Assembly (NCBI GenBank): GCA_965240325.2
Contig: OZ251236.1
Span: 1,674,001-1,738,000, forward strand
Direction of reading: 5' to 3'
Origin: Rebecca billardiae RCC1528
Taxonomy: Eukaryota; Protista; Haptophyta
DNA: 64,000 nucleotides
In this document: in pieces, positions 11,530 through 24,598 of the stretch
Layout of the letters: each line of letters starts with the position of its first letter
How positions within the stretch are numbered: position 1 is the first letter of the stretch
The notes under the pieces: model-generated
Databases searched by the model: none
The model's input: the letters and a program-made list of their open reading frames with translations, nothing else
What the model was told of the DNA's origin: nothing
Position numbers and translations under genes: made by a program

Positions 11530-14018
11530 ATAAGGCTGTCTTGACGAACCCGAGTCGGCTCAGTAGTTGGAGGAATGCGGGCCGCTCCCCAAAACGACGA
11601 AACTTGAAAGCCAAGCGCGATGACGGACGTCGGTGCGCCCTCCTGACCGACCCGGCGCTGCCTCGCCGCTGCTTTCGAGGCATGGGGCGGGCTGGTGCAC
11701 GCTCTGAGGGGCGACGATGAGGGTGAAGTGTATCGTCTGGCCGTACGGTGCGTCCGTGCTCACGCCAGCTGCCGTGGCGCGCTCTTGCAGCCGGCCGCGA
11801 CAGATGTTTGCGAGATCTCTCGGCGACGGATGCGGGGCCGCGCCGGTGGGTACATTCGCGAGAGCGTGAGCGTTGGGTGCCAGTGGATTGCGCGGGTGGG
11901 CATTCGTGCATCGGGACGCCACGTCCCGTCCAGTCCAAGCCACTGGGCTCGACACTGCCCCGGCAGGAGCTGCCCTTGGCGTAGCTGGTGCAAGGCCAGC
12001 TTGCACGCTTGCATTCAACAGTGAGGGGGGCAAAAGCGGTGGGTGCGGAAGCCAGGCGACGTGCGCGTCTGTCACGATCAGGTGTGATATGTGAGTCGCA
12101 CCGCGAGGGCGCCTTGCTGTTGGCACGGCGCTAGACATGGGCGTGTTGAGACTGCCGACACGAGCGCACAAGCTAGGCGTGCAAGTGCGGAGAGGTCCAT
12201 TAGCAGCACGTGGTCTCATGCTCAAGGCAGCACTACCTGGTCGGGATCCCGAGCGGGACTAGGCGGCGCCATGAGGCACGCGTCATTGGTACGAAACTGC
12301 GGCATAGGCTGTGCTCATCCGGGCGCGAGCACATGGCTCGCCGCTCGGCGGCGGTGCGCTCCGCAACGCAAAGCACAGTCCGGTCAACTGCAAGCGTCAT
12401 GGGCTGCGTGGGCCGGACGGCACGCTTGGGAGCGCATAGGTCTGACCGGGAAGTCGGGCGCTGCTGACGCTGCGCGGTAGTGCTTGGGTTGTGACAAGTG
12501 AAGCGGCAAGCGGCGAGGCCAGCAAGCAGTTGGCGGCACGAGCAGCACAGGCACGCTAGGCTGGCCAAGCCGGGCCAGTGACTCGTTGCTTGCTGAATGC
12601 TGGCGATAGCCGCTGATGATGGATCCGAATTGGGCGCCTACCTGAAGCGTGATGCTCTAGCTGCTGCTAGTTGAAGGAGTATACCTCGCCGGCGAGTCTA
12701 GATTCAGTTGCAGGTAGACGCTACTGCTGCCACGTCATTGAGCTGGTCACCCGCGGAACCGCGACTGGCCACACGCCGTAAGCCGCGCCGCCGCTGCACT
12801 CACTACTCCGAAGGCGATGCAACCGTATTGCCGAGCACTGTTGTCGGTGCCCTGATCGACGAGCTCGACCCCAGGCTGGCCATGGCGCGGGTCGAAGCCG
12901 AGCCCACGATCAAGCCGCGGTGCCACCGTATCGACTGCGGGCGCCAGTGCACGAGTGCTGCGTACAGCCCGCCTGGGCTGCCCCTGCTGTGCTGCCGCCA
13001 TCAGCTCCGGAAGGTGGCAGAGGCCGGAGCGGGTTAGGTGAAGATGGCGCTGGAGTAAGTGCACGCAGTCCTCCAGCACATGTGCCACAGCAGGCTGGTT
13101 GTCGAGCCCGCATTCGACTTGATGCACGGCTGCTGTAGTGCACACCTAGTTTGGAGCACTGGTGACAGAAGCCCAGCGCGCTCGGAGTGCTGCGCACACA
13201 GCTGGCAGCGGCCGCAGCAGCAGCTGCCACTGCTTTCGCGCCAAAAGGACGACTGCGGTGGAGTAGGTCGGCATAGGGGTGCTCTCCACCTCACCGCCCA
13301 GCGAGCATGCAGGCGGTGCTGCCGCATACCGCGCTGTCGGCAGCAATGCAGCGAGCTCTGCGCCGGTGCTGCGCGCAAGCCCTCGTTTAGCGCCGTGCCG
13401 CCAGCCAGCAAGGCGCCATCGCGGTGCGACTCACATATCACTCCTGATCGGGACAGACGCGCACGTCGCCTGGCTTCCGCACCCACCGCTTTTGGCCCCC
13501 TCACTGTTGAATGCACGCTTGCGAGCTGGCCTTGCATCAGCTGCGCCAAGGGCAGCTCCTGCCGGGGCAGTGTCGAGCCCAGTAGCTTGGAGTGGACGGG
13601 ACGTGGCGTCCCGATGCACGAATGCCCGTCCGAGCAATCCACAGGCACCCAACGCTCACGCTCTCGCGAATGTACCCACCGGCGCGGCCCCGCATCCGTC
13701 GCCGAGAGATCTCGCAAACATCTGTCGCGGCCGGCTGCAAGAGCGCGCCACGGCAGCTGGCGTGAGCACGGACGCACCGTACGGCCAGACGATACACTTC
13801 ACCCTCATCGTCGCCCCTCAGAGCGTGCACCAGCCCGCCCCATGCCTCGAAAGCAGCGGCGAGGCAGCGCCGGGTCGGTCAGGAGGGCGCACCGACGTCC
13901 GTCATCGCGCTTGGCTTTCAAGTTTCGTCGTTTTGGGGAGCTACCCGCATGGCGAATACTGGGGCTGTGTCGCTCTAGTCAGTATCGTCAGTTCTCCGCT
14001 TCGTCAAGACAGCCTTAT
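11530..14018. mobile_element. Foldback-type non-autonomous DNA transposon with short outer and ~550-bp inner inverted repeats
   Basis: Outer IR ATAAGGCTGTCTTGACGAA at 11530-11548 / 14000-14018. Inner near-identical IR at 11584-12133 / 13388-13941, with a ~1.25-kb spacer. Confidence 0.85.
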
Positions 14019-14119
14019 TGTACCACGGCCGAACGGCCGAAAGCAGGACAAAGTGCATGCGCAAATGAGTGATGAAATGACATCTGTCAGTGTCACGCCC
14101 CAACGTGCCCAGCCTTGAA

Positions 14120-16073
14120 TAGGTGGGTCCCTCCCAACTGGGGCGATATTCTGGCGCACTCAGAATGACGTCCTAGATTTTGTCTCTCACCCAGAATCGA
14201 CGCTATAAATGCGTCCCATCGGGGCGGAGCAAAAGTTTCGACCTCAAAACCTACTCCGCGTGCCGTCGCGCGGCCGAGCGCGCGCGCGCCGCGCCAGTAG
14301 TGTCACATAGAGATTTTGCGAAGCGTTACTTCATGGTTATGGTGGCTAGATGGCGACATGCGATCGGAATTACTTATTGACAACCGTTGACACCCGACCG
14401 AACCATTTTATGGAGCAAAGAGTGGGGCTCTATGCTGTGCGCTGATACCTCCAACAAACTACAGCAAGATCGAGCATATTACCCACTTCATATATAGCCA
14501 CTTACCCATATATAGTATGAGTGTTACCCACTTTATATTGACCGTGGATGCGGTTCACTCTATATTCAAATTCGTTCTGATATGTGGGTACGTTTGTTGG
14601 GTCATCGAATAGGCGCCGAGCGACGCGGACACAGGCAACCCGGGCCGCAACCGGACTGCCTGCGAGTGGCAGTGTTTGTGGCGGGCTGCGTGCCGAGGCA
14701 CACACCATCGCCCGCCACCGAGCATGCCACCGTCGTCACACGGGAGCCCTCCGCCGTCGAGGCTGGACTATCAGCCAACGCCACCGCCGGAGCTTGCCGC
14801 GTTCGGCGGCTTCCGTGCTCGTACTCCGCGTGTCACCGGTCGTCGTATGCCCACCCGCGTGAGGCCGCCACCAGTCCATGACTACCGCAGCTGCAGCCCA
14901 TGCCGCCGACGATGCCTCCGCCTACCATCTTCTCGCCAGGCAGCAATACGATAGGTTCACCGACGCTGCTGCTAGGCTGAGAGCACTCAGCCAGTTGGCC
15001 GGCGAGACGTCAGATGGTTGAGCTGCTGGCCTAGCCATCACGTTGCGGCTTCCGCTCGCTCAAGTACACCCAACGTGACGACGAGAACGTGCCGGGCAAT
15101 CATCAGGCATGCGTCTGAGGGGTCTACTACGCCTAGCCGTAGAGTTGCTGAGTACGAGTCTTCGCAGACCACAAGCGGAACGAGTGGGACCACCCAATGG
15201 CAGGAGCAACAGCGTGGGGTGGCACCCGCGCCTGTCAACGCGACCGCGTTCTGTCAAGAATGGACCCATATCCTGCGACCACCCTCGAGCACCGCATACT
15301 ATGCCCACACTCGGCATAGGGAAGGATCGCTGAGCGCCTGCTGCCGCTGTCAAAGGCCCTGCTGATCTTCCTGGCGCTGGATCGTGCACACGGATGGCAA
15401 GTCGGCGTGCTCGCCGCACATCGCGGCGGCTTCTCAGCATCCCAAGTCCTCAGTGCACCCATCCTAGGCCTGCTGGTCGATGATTGGTACCAACCCCCAC
15501 CAAACACGCCCTCTCGGAAGTCGCCAATCGCTTACATGGCTCCCCGAGAGCCCGGGGCTGGCTGTCGTGCGTTCTCACGAGCAGCTTGCGCACAGCCCAA
15601 ATGTCACCTTCACGGTGTGTAGAGCTGCTCAAGACGGCGGGGACGTCAAGAGCATGCCCATGCCTGATGGTGGCCCATGCCTCCCGTCACCTGACCCGCC
15701 TGTAGCGAAAAGTGGCCCTGCTCGAAGGCACGGCTCGAACACCCGCCGATCGATTCAAGTTGTCTGTACGCGTCTAGCCGGGCGAGAGTCAAACATGCGG
15801 GCACGTGCCAGGCGGGGGATGTGTGACCACGGATCCCATCCGTGAGCACGCGCAAAGCGCTGGAGCGCGCGATAGGTGTTGGCTGTGGTCTACCCGACAC
15901 ACGGCGGCTCGGTCGCGCTGGAGAGGCGCTCCGACATCGTCGGGAGCGTTCAGATCGGACCTCGGCCGGCGGCCCGGCGATTTTCCCGAGCCGCGCCCCG
16001 CGCGAAAAGAAATCAGGCCAGAAAACCCGGTAAATGTTAAAAGACCGCTGGAAAATCGCCAGGGACCCACCTA
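14120..16073. mobile_element. Degenerate TIR element (~1.95 kb)
   Basis: TAGGTGGGTCCCT (14120-14132) is perfectly inverted at 16061-16073, with further imperfect inverted similarity on both sides. The interior is lower in GC with only stop-broken frames. Confidence 0.55.
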
Positions 16074-16301
16074 CATCAAGGGCCAGTGCGACGCTCATCG
16101 TCAGGTGCCGCGGCGCCCCCAGCAGCAGCTGTCGCTGATCTGCCATCAGGATTCAGGTCTCACTTTTGGACTCAATCGGCCGCACTGGCGGCGACCGCCG
16201 AGATGCCGGGCGCCATGGTCCGATGGGCGAATGGCAATGTGACTCAGGGGAGCATTCGGGTCGACGACCGTGTGGTCTCAGCGCACATAGTCGCGCGGCG
16301 G

Positions 16302-17177
16302 TCAGCCATCGAGCGGCTCTCGCGCGAGCGCATCGACGACGAGGCGCCGGCCGTCGGAGCCCGGGTGTCCGCCCGCGCGCATCTCGTCCGGGTCCATCAG
16401 CCCGTGCGCGTTCAGCCGCTCCCAGGAGGCGCGCGTCAGCTCGTACCACTGCTGCCCCCGGCTGTTGCGCTGCAGCTCGAGCACGAGGAGCGAGGCGTTG
16501 GGCTGGTTCGACAGGGTCTCAAAGTCATCCACAGTCAACTGGAACCAGCGCATCACGAACGTGCGCGCGGAGAGGCCGTGCGCGACGATGACGATGTGCG
16601 TCTCAGGCGTGAGCACCGCATTCGTGCGCATCTGCTCGACGTCGCGATTGATGGTCGCGATGAAGGAGCTCACGCGCGAGTACACGTCAAGCGCGGACTC
16701 GCCTTGGGGGAAGCGGTAGTAGAAGCGGCCAAACGCCGCGCGCTCCGCCTTGGCGCGGCGCATGCTCTCTGCGTCCTGCAGGTTGCCAAACTGCTGCTCG
16801 GACACGCGCGGCTCCTCGCGCACGCCGATCACGTGCGCCGGCTCGAGCTGCTCGAGCACGCGCTCGAGCGTCTGGCGCGCGCGCGTGTACGGCGAAGTGT
16901 AGAAGTACGCGCGCGCGCCAGCCACCTCGTCCAGCATCGCGCGCAGCTCGCGCCCCGCGCGCACTGCCTGCTGCTCGCCCTTTGCGGTGAGCGGGATTTT
17001 CCAATCCGGCACCCGCGTGTAGCTCTCCTCGTCCACGTTGCCGAGGGATTCGCCGTGCCGCAGCAGGATGATGCGGCGCGGGCGAAAGTGCGGGGTTGCG
17101 GCCGTCCCGCCCGCCGGTCCCCCCGCGAGTCGTCGTCTGCTCGCCGAGAGGAGGAGTTTTCTGCTGCCACCCGCCAT
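16302..17177 (-). CDS. Histidine phosphatase / phosphoglycerate-mutase-like protein (Det1/AT74-like)
   Basis: Motifs LLRHGESLGN, PLTAKG, TSPYTRARQT, EQQFGNLQ, FYYRFPQGES and VAHG. Confidence 0.92.
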   Translation of the reverse strand: MAGGSRKLLLSASRRRLAGGPAGGTAATPHFRPRRIILLRHGESLGNVDEESYTRVPDWKIPLTAKGEQQAVRAGRELRAMLDEVAGARAYFYTSPYTRARQTLERVLEQLEPAHVIGVREEPRVSEQQFGNLQDAESMRRAKAERAAFGRFYYRFPQGESALDVYSRVSSFIATINRDVEQMRTNAVLTPETHIVIVAHGLSARTFVMRWFQLTVDDFETLSNQPNASLLVLELQRNSRGQQWYELTRASWERLNAHGLMDPDEMRAGGHPGSDGRRLVVDALAREPLDG

Positions 17178-17600
17178 CGTGCCCGGCCCGTTGCCTCGAT
17201 GCTTTCGCGCCCGTCCGGTGCAGGGCCGTACTTTTCAGGTTTGGACCGCGACCGCACTATCAGCCCCAACTCGGCGTAAGTGCGCAACCAGTATTGGATT
17301 GATAACGTCTCATGGGAAAAGCGGGCTGATTCCGTATTCAAACTTCAGCCGAAATAGAGATTTGTTCAAGGAGCACCCGGGCGTTGGGGGTGTGACAAGG
17401 GCGCTCCCTACCGGGACTTGGCACGGAGATATGCAGGAGTGGGTAAAAAAAGGGCGGCTGCCACCCGGCCAGGCCCGAATCGCAAGTCTCGGGCTGGGGG
17501 GCGGGGCCTTTGCCGCTTCGCTCACGGTGGGACGAGAGTACGCCCGCCTTCCCTCCGCTGGGCGCCCGGCTGACGCGCGTCGGCCTGCAGGGGACGAGGG

Positions 17601-18683
17601 ATGGCGGCAGCGGTGATGGGGTGCGTCCGCGCGCGTAGCGATACCCTGGCCCGCGCGCGCTCGCCGCCTTCCCGCCGCTCGTCGCTGGGCTGCGGCCGCG
17701 CGCGCTTAACGGCGCGGGCTGATATTGATGCTCGTTGCGCGCAGCGTCGCGCTGATCGGTGCCGACCTGTCCCCCCCCGCGCGCGCCCGTGTCGTGGCTG
17801 CGCCGAGCAGGACCGGCCCCGATGACCAAGCCGTCAACTACGATGAGCTCGCCGACCTCGTCGTCGACTGGGACAAGATCGCCGCCGCCACCCTCCACGA
17901 CCCGACGGGCGAGGCGGTCCAGCTCCCGGATGCCTCGCCGCAGCACAGCCCGATGGTGGGCCTGCAGCAGTCGCCGCATCGGGCCGAGCGTGCCGACGCG
18001 GGCGATCCCGCGCGCGGCGGCGGCGCGGCGCTCGGCTCGCACCCGCCCACGGCCGGCGGGCTGGACGGCGCACAGGACGGGAGCGCGCTGAGCAAGCTCG
18101 AGCTGCAGCAGCAGCAGGCGCAGCTGCTGCAGGAGGCGCTCGGCACCGAGGCGGCGGAGGAGCTCGCCTCCCTGCTCGACTGGGAGTCGCTCGCGCGCGA
18201 CGGCTCGATCCAGGACACGATGGCGCAGACCGCCATGCAGCTGCAGCACGCCGACGCGCCGATGGACGGCGTGGGCGAGCACCGGCCCGCTGGCCGTGAG
18301 CCCGGCCCGGTCCGCGGCGTGCCCATCGGCCTGGTGCCGCCGATGCCGCTCGGGCCGTACCGCTCGGAGTCGATGCACTCGACCACCACCGCGGGCTCGG
18401 CGAGCAACACGCCCACCGGCACCGGCGACCTCGGCTACTCCGGCTACGAGGACGCTGACGACGAGCAGGGGCGCGCGCGCGGCGGCAGCGGCGGCACCTG
18501 GCCACGGCTCGGCGGCGCGCAGCAGCAGCCGATGCGGCGGATGCCCTCGCTGAACGAGCTCTCGTCGGTCTTCGAGCAGTCGACGGCGCTGCGCGGCCCC
18601 AACGCCGAGCGCCTCGACGACGCCGACGAACACCGCGACTTCTCCGCGTCGAAGCGCCGCATGGTGCAGTCGCTCGGCCCGGC

Positions 18684-18714
<31 letters not shown>

Positions 18715-19613
18715 AGCGGCGGCCGCATGCGAGGCGGCGCCGCGCCGCGCGGCAGGCGGCCGGGCCTCTCGGCGATGATGTACGTGGACCCGGCGAGCGT
18801 CGGCCACGAGTCACACTCGGCGCTGCACGCCGAGCGCGCCCCGCGCCCCGCCGTGCCGCTCGGGATGCCGACGGCGCACGCGCGCTTTGAGCGGCCGATG
18901 CATTCAGATCTCGATCTCGAGGACATGCAGCTGCAGCGCGAGCTCTCGGGGCACACGCAGGACGACGGCCAGCTCGGCGGGTACGGGTACGGCCCGATGC
19001 GCCCGGACACGCGCGTGCTCGTCACCTCGGGCGGCACGCTGCCGCGCTCGGCCATCAAGCGGCCGCACACCGCCGAGCCGCCTCGGCTCGAGGGCGGCTG
19101 GGCGCCGGGCGGCCCCGAGCAGGACGATGGGCGGCAGGAGCGGCCGGCGGAGAAGAACCTGTGGTCGGCGGCGGAGGACGCCATCATCGCCGAGGGCGTC
19201 GCCAAGCTCGGATTCCGCTGGTGCGCGCGCGGCACGCGCGCCCCGACTCTCGCGTGCCCGCCGCCACCGCGGCACGGCAGCCCTGCGCGCGCCGCGCGCC
19301 GCGCCGCGCCGCGCCGCGCGCACGCGCCGGCTGCCAGCCTGGCCTCAGCCCGGCGCGCGCCGCCTGACCCGGCTGCTCGCTGCCGCGCACCGCCGCGCGC
19401 AGGCGCAAGATCGCCGCGTCGCTGCCCGGCCGCAGCCACGACGCGGTGCGCAACCGCTGGCACCGGCTGCAGCACGGCTCGCGCAAGCAGCCGCCGCAGG
19501 CTGGGCGCGGCGGCGGCTCCGGCGGCGGCGGCGGCGGCGGCGGCGCCAGCAGCTCGCCCTCGACCGCGCAGGGCGGCGCGGATGCGCCGCGCAGCTACTC
19601 GCACGCGCGCGGC

Positions 19614-19647
<34 letters not shown>

Positions 19648-21472
19648 TCGAGCAGCACTCGCCGCTGCTCTCGCGCGCGCAGAGCTCGGGGCCTGAGGAG
19701 TTTGGCGGCGGGGGCGGCCGGGGCGGCATCGAGGAGTACGCGCTGCCCGCGCCCGCCAGTGGGGCGATCGTGCACGCGGAGCCGGTGCACGCCGAGCCGG
19801 TGCACGCGGAGCCGCTCCTCGCCGAGCCGATGCACGCCGAGCCGATGCGCGCCGAGCCGATGCGCGACTACGGACCCGACGGCGGCCGGCCGGGCCATGA
19901 CGGCTTTGATCGGCCGGCCGGCTCGGCGCCGCGCGGCCGGCAGCAGGGGGAGAGCCTGGCGGTGTACCCGGATGCGCAGGACAGCGGCTCGCCCGCGCCC
20001 TCGTCCGGCATGCGCGTGAGCGCAGCCGTGCCGCTCGTCGCGCCGGACGCGCGCCCGATCGCCCACGCCGTCGCGCAGCAGCTCGGGCGCAGGCCGGCGC
20101 CGCGGCCGCACGGCCAGATGGCCCCGCCTCGGCACGCGCACCCGGCCCACCAGGGGCAGGGCGGGCACGACGCGCAGGGGCGGCCGGTGCGGCAGGGCTC
20201 GCCCGGGCAGCACCGGCAGCAGGGCCCGCCGGGCCACTACGCCGGCGGCGGCCACTACGACGCGCCCGACGGGCAGGGCCACTACGCGCCGCACGCGCGC
20301 TACCAGGGGCAGCCGCACGGCCACGCGCCCTCGCGCCCGGGCTACCACGCCGAGCTGGGCGAGGGGCAGGGGTACTACGGGCACGGGCAGCAGCCGCACG
20401 GGCCGCGCGGGCACGCGGGCGGCGCGCCCTCGCAGGGCGCGGGCGGCGGCGGCCACTACCCGCAGCAGCCCGGCCGGCGGCCGCAGGGCGGAGGGCCGTA
20501 CGCTAACGACGGGCGGCCGGGCCACGGGCCGCAGGGGCAGTACCGGCACGCGCAGGGCGGCGGGCAGCAGGGCGGGTACCGCGCGCAGCCGCACGGCGCG
20601 CCGCGCGAGTACGAGTACGAGTACGAGTACGAGTACGAGTACGACTACCCCGAGTACCCGGAGTACGGCCACGGCGCGCCGCCGCCGCACGCGCAGCCGC
20701 GGCAGGGGCAGTACCACCGGCCGCCGCCTTCGCAGCAGGGGCCGCCGCCGCCGCACGACTACGGGCCCTCGCGCGAGTACGGCGGCCACGAGTACGACGA
20801 GTACGACGGGTACCAGCCGATGCACGACGGGCCGGAGGGCGGCGAGGGCGGGCACTACTACGCGCCGCCGCACGCGCCGCCGCACGCGCACCGCGGCCAG
20901 GGGCGGCAGCAGGGGCAACCCGCGCAGGGCCACGCGCACGCGCGCGCGCCCGCGCACGGCCGCGCGCCGCACGGGCAGCAGCCGCCGCCGGGCCAGCCCG
21001 GGCAGCACTACCGCCCGCCCGCGCAGCGCTCGGGGCACGGGCAGCCGGTGGTCGCGCAGCCCAAGCCGCCGCAGCCGCCGCCGCAGCGCTCGCAGCCGCC
21101 CGGCGGGCCGGGCGCGTACGAGGGCGCGTACACGCAGGGCGCTCAGCAGCCGTACGCGCAGCAGCCGCCGGCCGGCTCGCGCTCGGCTCAGGGCAGCCCG
21201 CCGCCGACGCAGCCGTGGCCGGCGCAGGCGGTGCCCATGTCGGCGCAGCAGCAGGGCCACCGCGCGCCCTCGCCGCACGAGCCGTCGGCGCAGCGCAAGC
21301 CGCCGCCCGGCGCGCAGCCCGCGCAGCCATCTTCGGGCGCGGGAGCCGCGCAGCCTGGCGCGGGCGGCGCGGTGCCCGGCACGCCGATGGCCCTGCCCAC
21401 GCCCGCGCTGTCGACTGCGCACGCGCTCGATCCGTCGGCGCAGCCCCCGCCGCTGCCGCCGCAGCCGCAGCC

Positions 21473-21513
<41 letters not shown>

Positions 21514-21556
21514 CGCAACAGCAGCCGCAACAGCAGCAGCAGCAGCAGCAGCAGCC

Positions 21557-21595
<39 letters not shown>

Positions 21596-21610
21596 GCCGC
21601 CGCCGCAGTC

Positions 21611-21649
<39 letters not shown>

Positions 21650-22698
21650 CCCTGGGGCGGCGGGTTTGCAGGGCCAGGCGCATCACAGGCCGCAGCACGG
21701 GCAGGGGCAGCAGCCTGCACTCGCCTCGCCCATGCCACACCCGCCCCCTCCAGCCCTGCAGCAGCAGCAGCAGCGGCAGCACACGCCGCCGCACGCGCAC
21801 AGCATGCAGCGGCCGTCTGTGCAGCTGCCGCCGCCGCCACCGACAGCCATGGGGGACCAGCCGATGCAGCCGATGGAGCACTCGCTGGAGCACTCGCCCC
21901 CGCAGCAGCAGGGCGGCGGAGGCGCGGCGAGCTCCTCGACGGGCGGTGGCGGCAACAAGTCGCTCATCACGTACAAGTGCAGCAAGTGCGGTGAGCGCAG
22001 CGGGCGCGGCCGCGCCGCACGCGGCGCGCGCGCTCGGGCCGGCTCTTCTCACGCGCGGGCGCGATGCGCGCGCACGCCCGCGCCGAGCAGGCCAGCCCAA
22101 GCGCAACCACCTGTGCCAGGCGCTCGCCGCGCCTGACAACGCGGGCAGCGCGCGCAAGCCGGGCGCGGCCGAGCCGCACGTGCAGAAGCCGGTCTGGACG
22201 CGCAAGGAGGACTCCATCATCATGGAGGGCGTGCGTGAGTACGGGCCCAAGTGGAGCGAGATTGCGCAGAACATGTGCGCGCCGCTGCCCCCCGCGCGGC
22301 GCGAGGCGGCGACCCTGTCTGATCCGCGCGCAGCGCCGCCGGCCTTGCTGACCCCCGCTGACCCCCCGCGCCCCCGCGTGCCGCGCCGCGCCGCGCCGCG
22401 CCGCGCCAGGCCGGGACGGACGTCGCACGCCGTGCGCAACCGGTGGCATCGGCTGCAGCGCTTCTACCAGGAGCAGCACGGCCAGGACCTCGCCAAGCTG
22501 CTCGGCAACCCGTCGGCCCAGCTGCCGACGCTCGCGCAGCCGAGCGGCCTCGGGGACGACGACGGCGACACCCCGTTCGGCATGCCATTACACGCGCCGC
22601 CGGCGCACGAGAGCGGCGTGCGCGACGGCGGCGCGGACGACGAGTCGCAGGTGCTGCTGCGAACACTTGCCGGCACGGACGACGATCTCGACCCATGA
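17601..22698 (+). CDS. Myb-domain transcription factor with two widely separated Myb repeats, a CxxC-H-C knuckle and polyQ; introns 17621-17810, 19221-19402, 21991-22090, 22275-22409
   Basis: Splicing restores WSAAEDAII...FRW|RKIAASLPGRSHDAVRNRW, YKCSKCG|QPKRNHLC and WTRKEDSII...KWSEIAQNM|PGRTSHAVRNRW. All junctions are GT-AG and frame-consistent. The first exon is less certain. Confidence 0.85.
21475..21648 (+). repeat. CAG/CCG trinucleotide tract encoding polyQ in the Myb gene
   Basis: Long (CAG)n runs interrupted by CAA/CCG. Confidence 0.95.
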
Positions 22699-23413
22699 CG
22701 TACGGGCATGGCCGATGGCGCCGATGCCAGTCGGGTCACGGCGGGCGGGCGCAGGCCGGGCGGTGGTGCTGGTCAACTCCGATCCTGACTGCTACTGACC
22801 GATATGCGCTGACGACGTGACTGACGACGACAGCTGGTGAGCTCAGACCATACTAGCTTGATTCCCATGACGATGCGCCGGATGCGGCCTGTTACTCTGT
22901 GACAGGCTGTCGTGCCGGGCGCTATCATCTCTCTCTCTCTCTCTCTGCTCCGTCTCTCTCGGCTATCGTCAGACCGGTGCCCGCGGCTGCGCGTCCGACG
23001 CTACCGTCTACCGAGTGACACGCGCCGCCGTGCCGCAGCAGCGCCGCTCTGGAATCCGGCAGCGGCCAGCGGCTGTGCCGCATCAGTCAGCCACTCACCC
23101 AGCGTCATCGACATCCGCTGCCGCCGTTGGCGCCCCCCCCCGCCCCCGTGCCTGGACAAGCGTGCTGCCAGCTGCGTCGGCAAGCGCCACTGTGACTGCA
23201 CATTCCGCGACGACGCGCAGTCGACGGAGCGGAAGCGGACCACATGGTGGCCGCCACCTTGAGGGGAACCTGAGAGCCACCCCCTCGGGCATGCCCTGCG
23301 GCAGGCAGGCCTCCCGGCAGCTGCACACTGCACAGCGCACGGCACGGCGAGAGAGCGTGAGGCCGCGGCAACCGTCAGCGCTCGTCCGTGGCCCAGGCCG
23401 CCCCAGCGTCCGG

Positions 23414-24071
23414 TCACGAGTAGGTGTCGTCAAGGGTGAACGTGTGCACGCTTTGCCGGAAGCTGGTTGACGTCAGCAGGCCCGTGATGGGGATGGTATT
23501 CCAATGCAGCACGAGCGTGATGTCATTCCCCCTGAGGCCGTACCCCTGGTCCGTCAGGCTGTATTTGTTCACTATTGACGTCGAGTGGATCTGCGCGTGC
23601 TCCTTGCCAGTGACGATGTGATCCCACACGACCACCTGGTTGACTTTGTTCGCCGGAGTCTGGTACTCGGCAGTGATGTACACGAAGAGCTGCTTCACGT
23701 TCCAGTTGAACACCGTGCTCAGGTCCGCGTCAATGCTCAGCCGCAGCGTTGCCTGCTCGTGGCCCGCACCTACGATTTTCCGCCTGCGCGCGCACAGCCG
23801 CACGTTCACGGTGCGAGGGGCGGCAGCAGCATGGGTATGAGTATCGGTGACGCGGGGCCTGGCCAGTCGTCGCGAATCGCGCGCTAAGGCCAAGCAGCAG
23901 TCCGCGCGCTCGCGCGCAGGCCACGCACAGCGACGCGCGATCGAGGCCGAGCTGGACGTCGGGGTGCGCAGTGTGAAAGTAGGTCGTGCCGGCGCACAGC
24001 AAGGCGAGAAAGCCCAGCACTGAAAGCGCGTAGAAGAAGATGGCATTCACTCTCTGCCAGAAAGTGTGCAT
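23414..24071 (-). CDS. SPCS3: Signal peptidase complex subunit 3 (SPC22/23); intron 23784-23928
   Basis: MHTFWQRVNAIFFYALSVL N-terminus, ADLSTVFNWNVKQLFVYITAEY, NQVVVWD, KYSLTDQG. The junction CT|GTGCGT...GCGCAG|G is in frame. Confidence 0.95.
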
Positions 24072-24598
24072 CGTGCGATGCGAGGCCGCAGTCCCGACGG
24101 CCACGTGTGCCGCTGGGCACTGCTGGGTTGGTCGGATTGCCGACGATGCACGATGGCTGCCGCCCTTATTGATTGTGGCGCAAGCCACAATGACAATCGT
24201 CAAGTCGACAGTCATGCAATCACGCGACTCCGAATCATAAGACTCTCTTCCTGATTGTAACAGATTATGACTGAGTTGAGCGCCGGCCTGTGAGTCGCTT
24301 GGCTCAGGCTGGGTCGTGCCACTCTACCGCTACTAGTCGTTCAAGTCAAGACGAGCTGACCGTCGTGATGATCCGTGCCCAGCGGCGGCCAGCCCCAGTC
24401 GCGCCACCGAGCGGTTGTCCCGCGGAGGGCGGCGGGGAGTGGCGGGGGAGCCGGCCCCAGGCCGCCGCCGGAAGTCGCCAGCCAGGCCGTGAGAAGATGG
24501 TGAGGACAAGCCCAGCCTGCGCTTCCAGCGTTGCAAGATGTCACGCTACAATGCGTGATCACGAGAGGAGCATATCGATCGCGGGAAGCGCGCAGATC

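Noticed and set aside
9656-11938. 760-aa ORF, plus matching ORF pairs at 11695-12225 and 13034-14118
   Set aside because: These are an off-frame shadow of GT90 and translations of the two inverted-repeat arms, with no domain signal.
18444-22439. 1331-aa minus-strand ORF with poly-Leu
   Set aside because: Antisense of the Myb polyQ gene.
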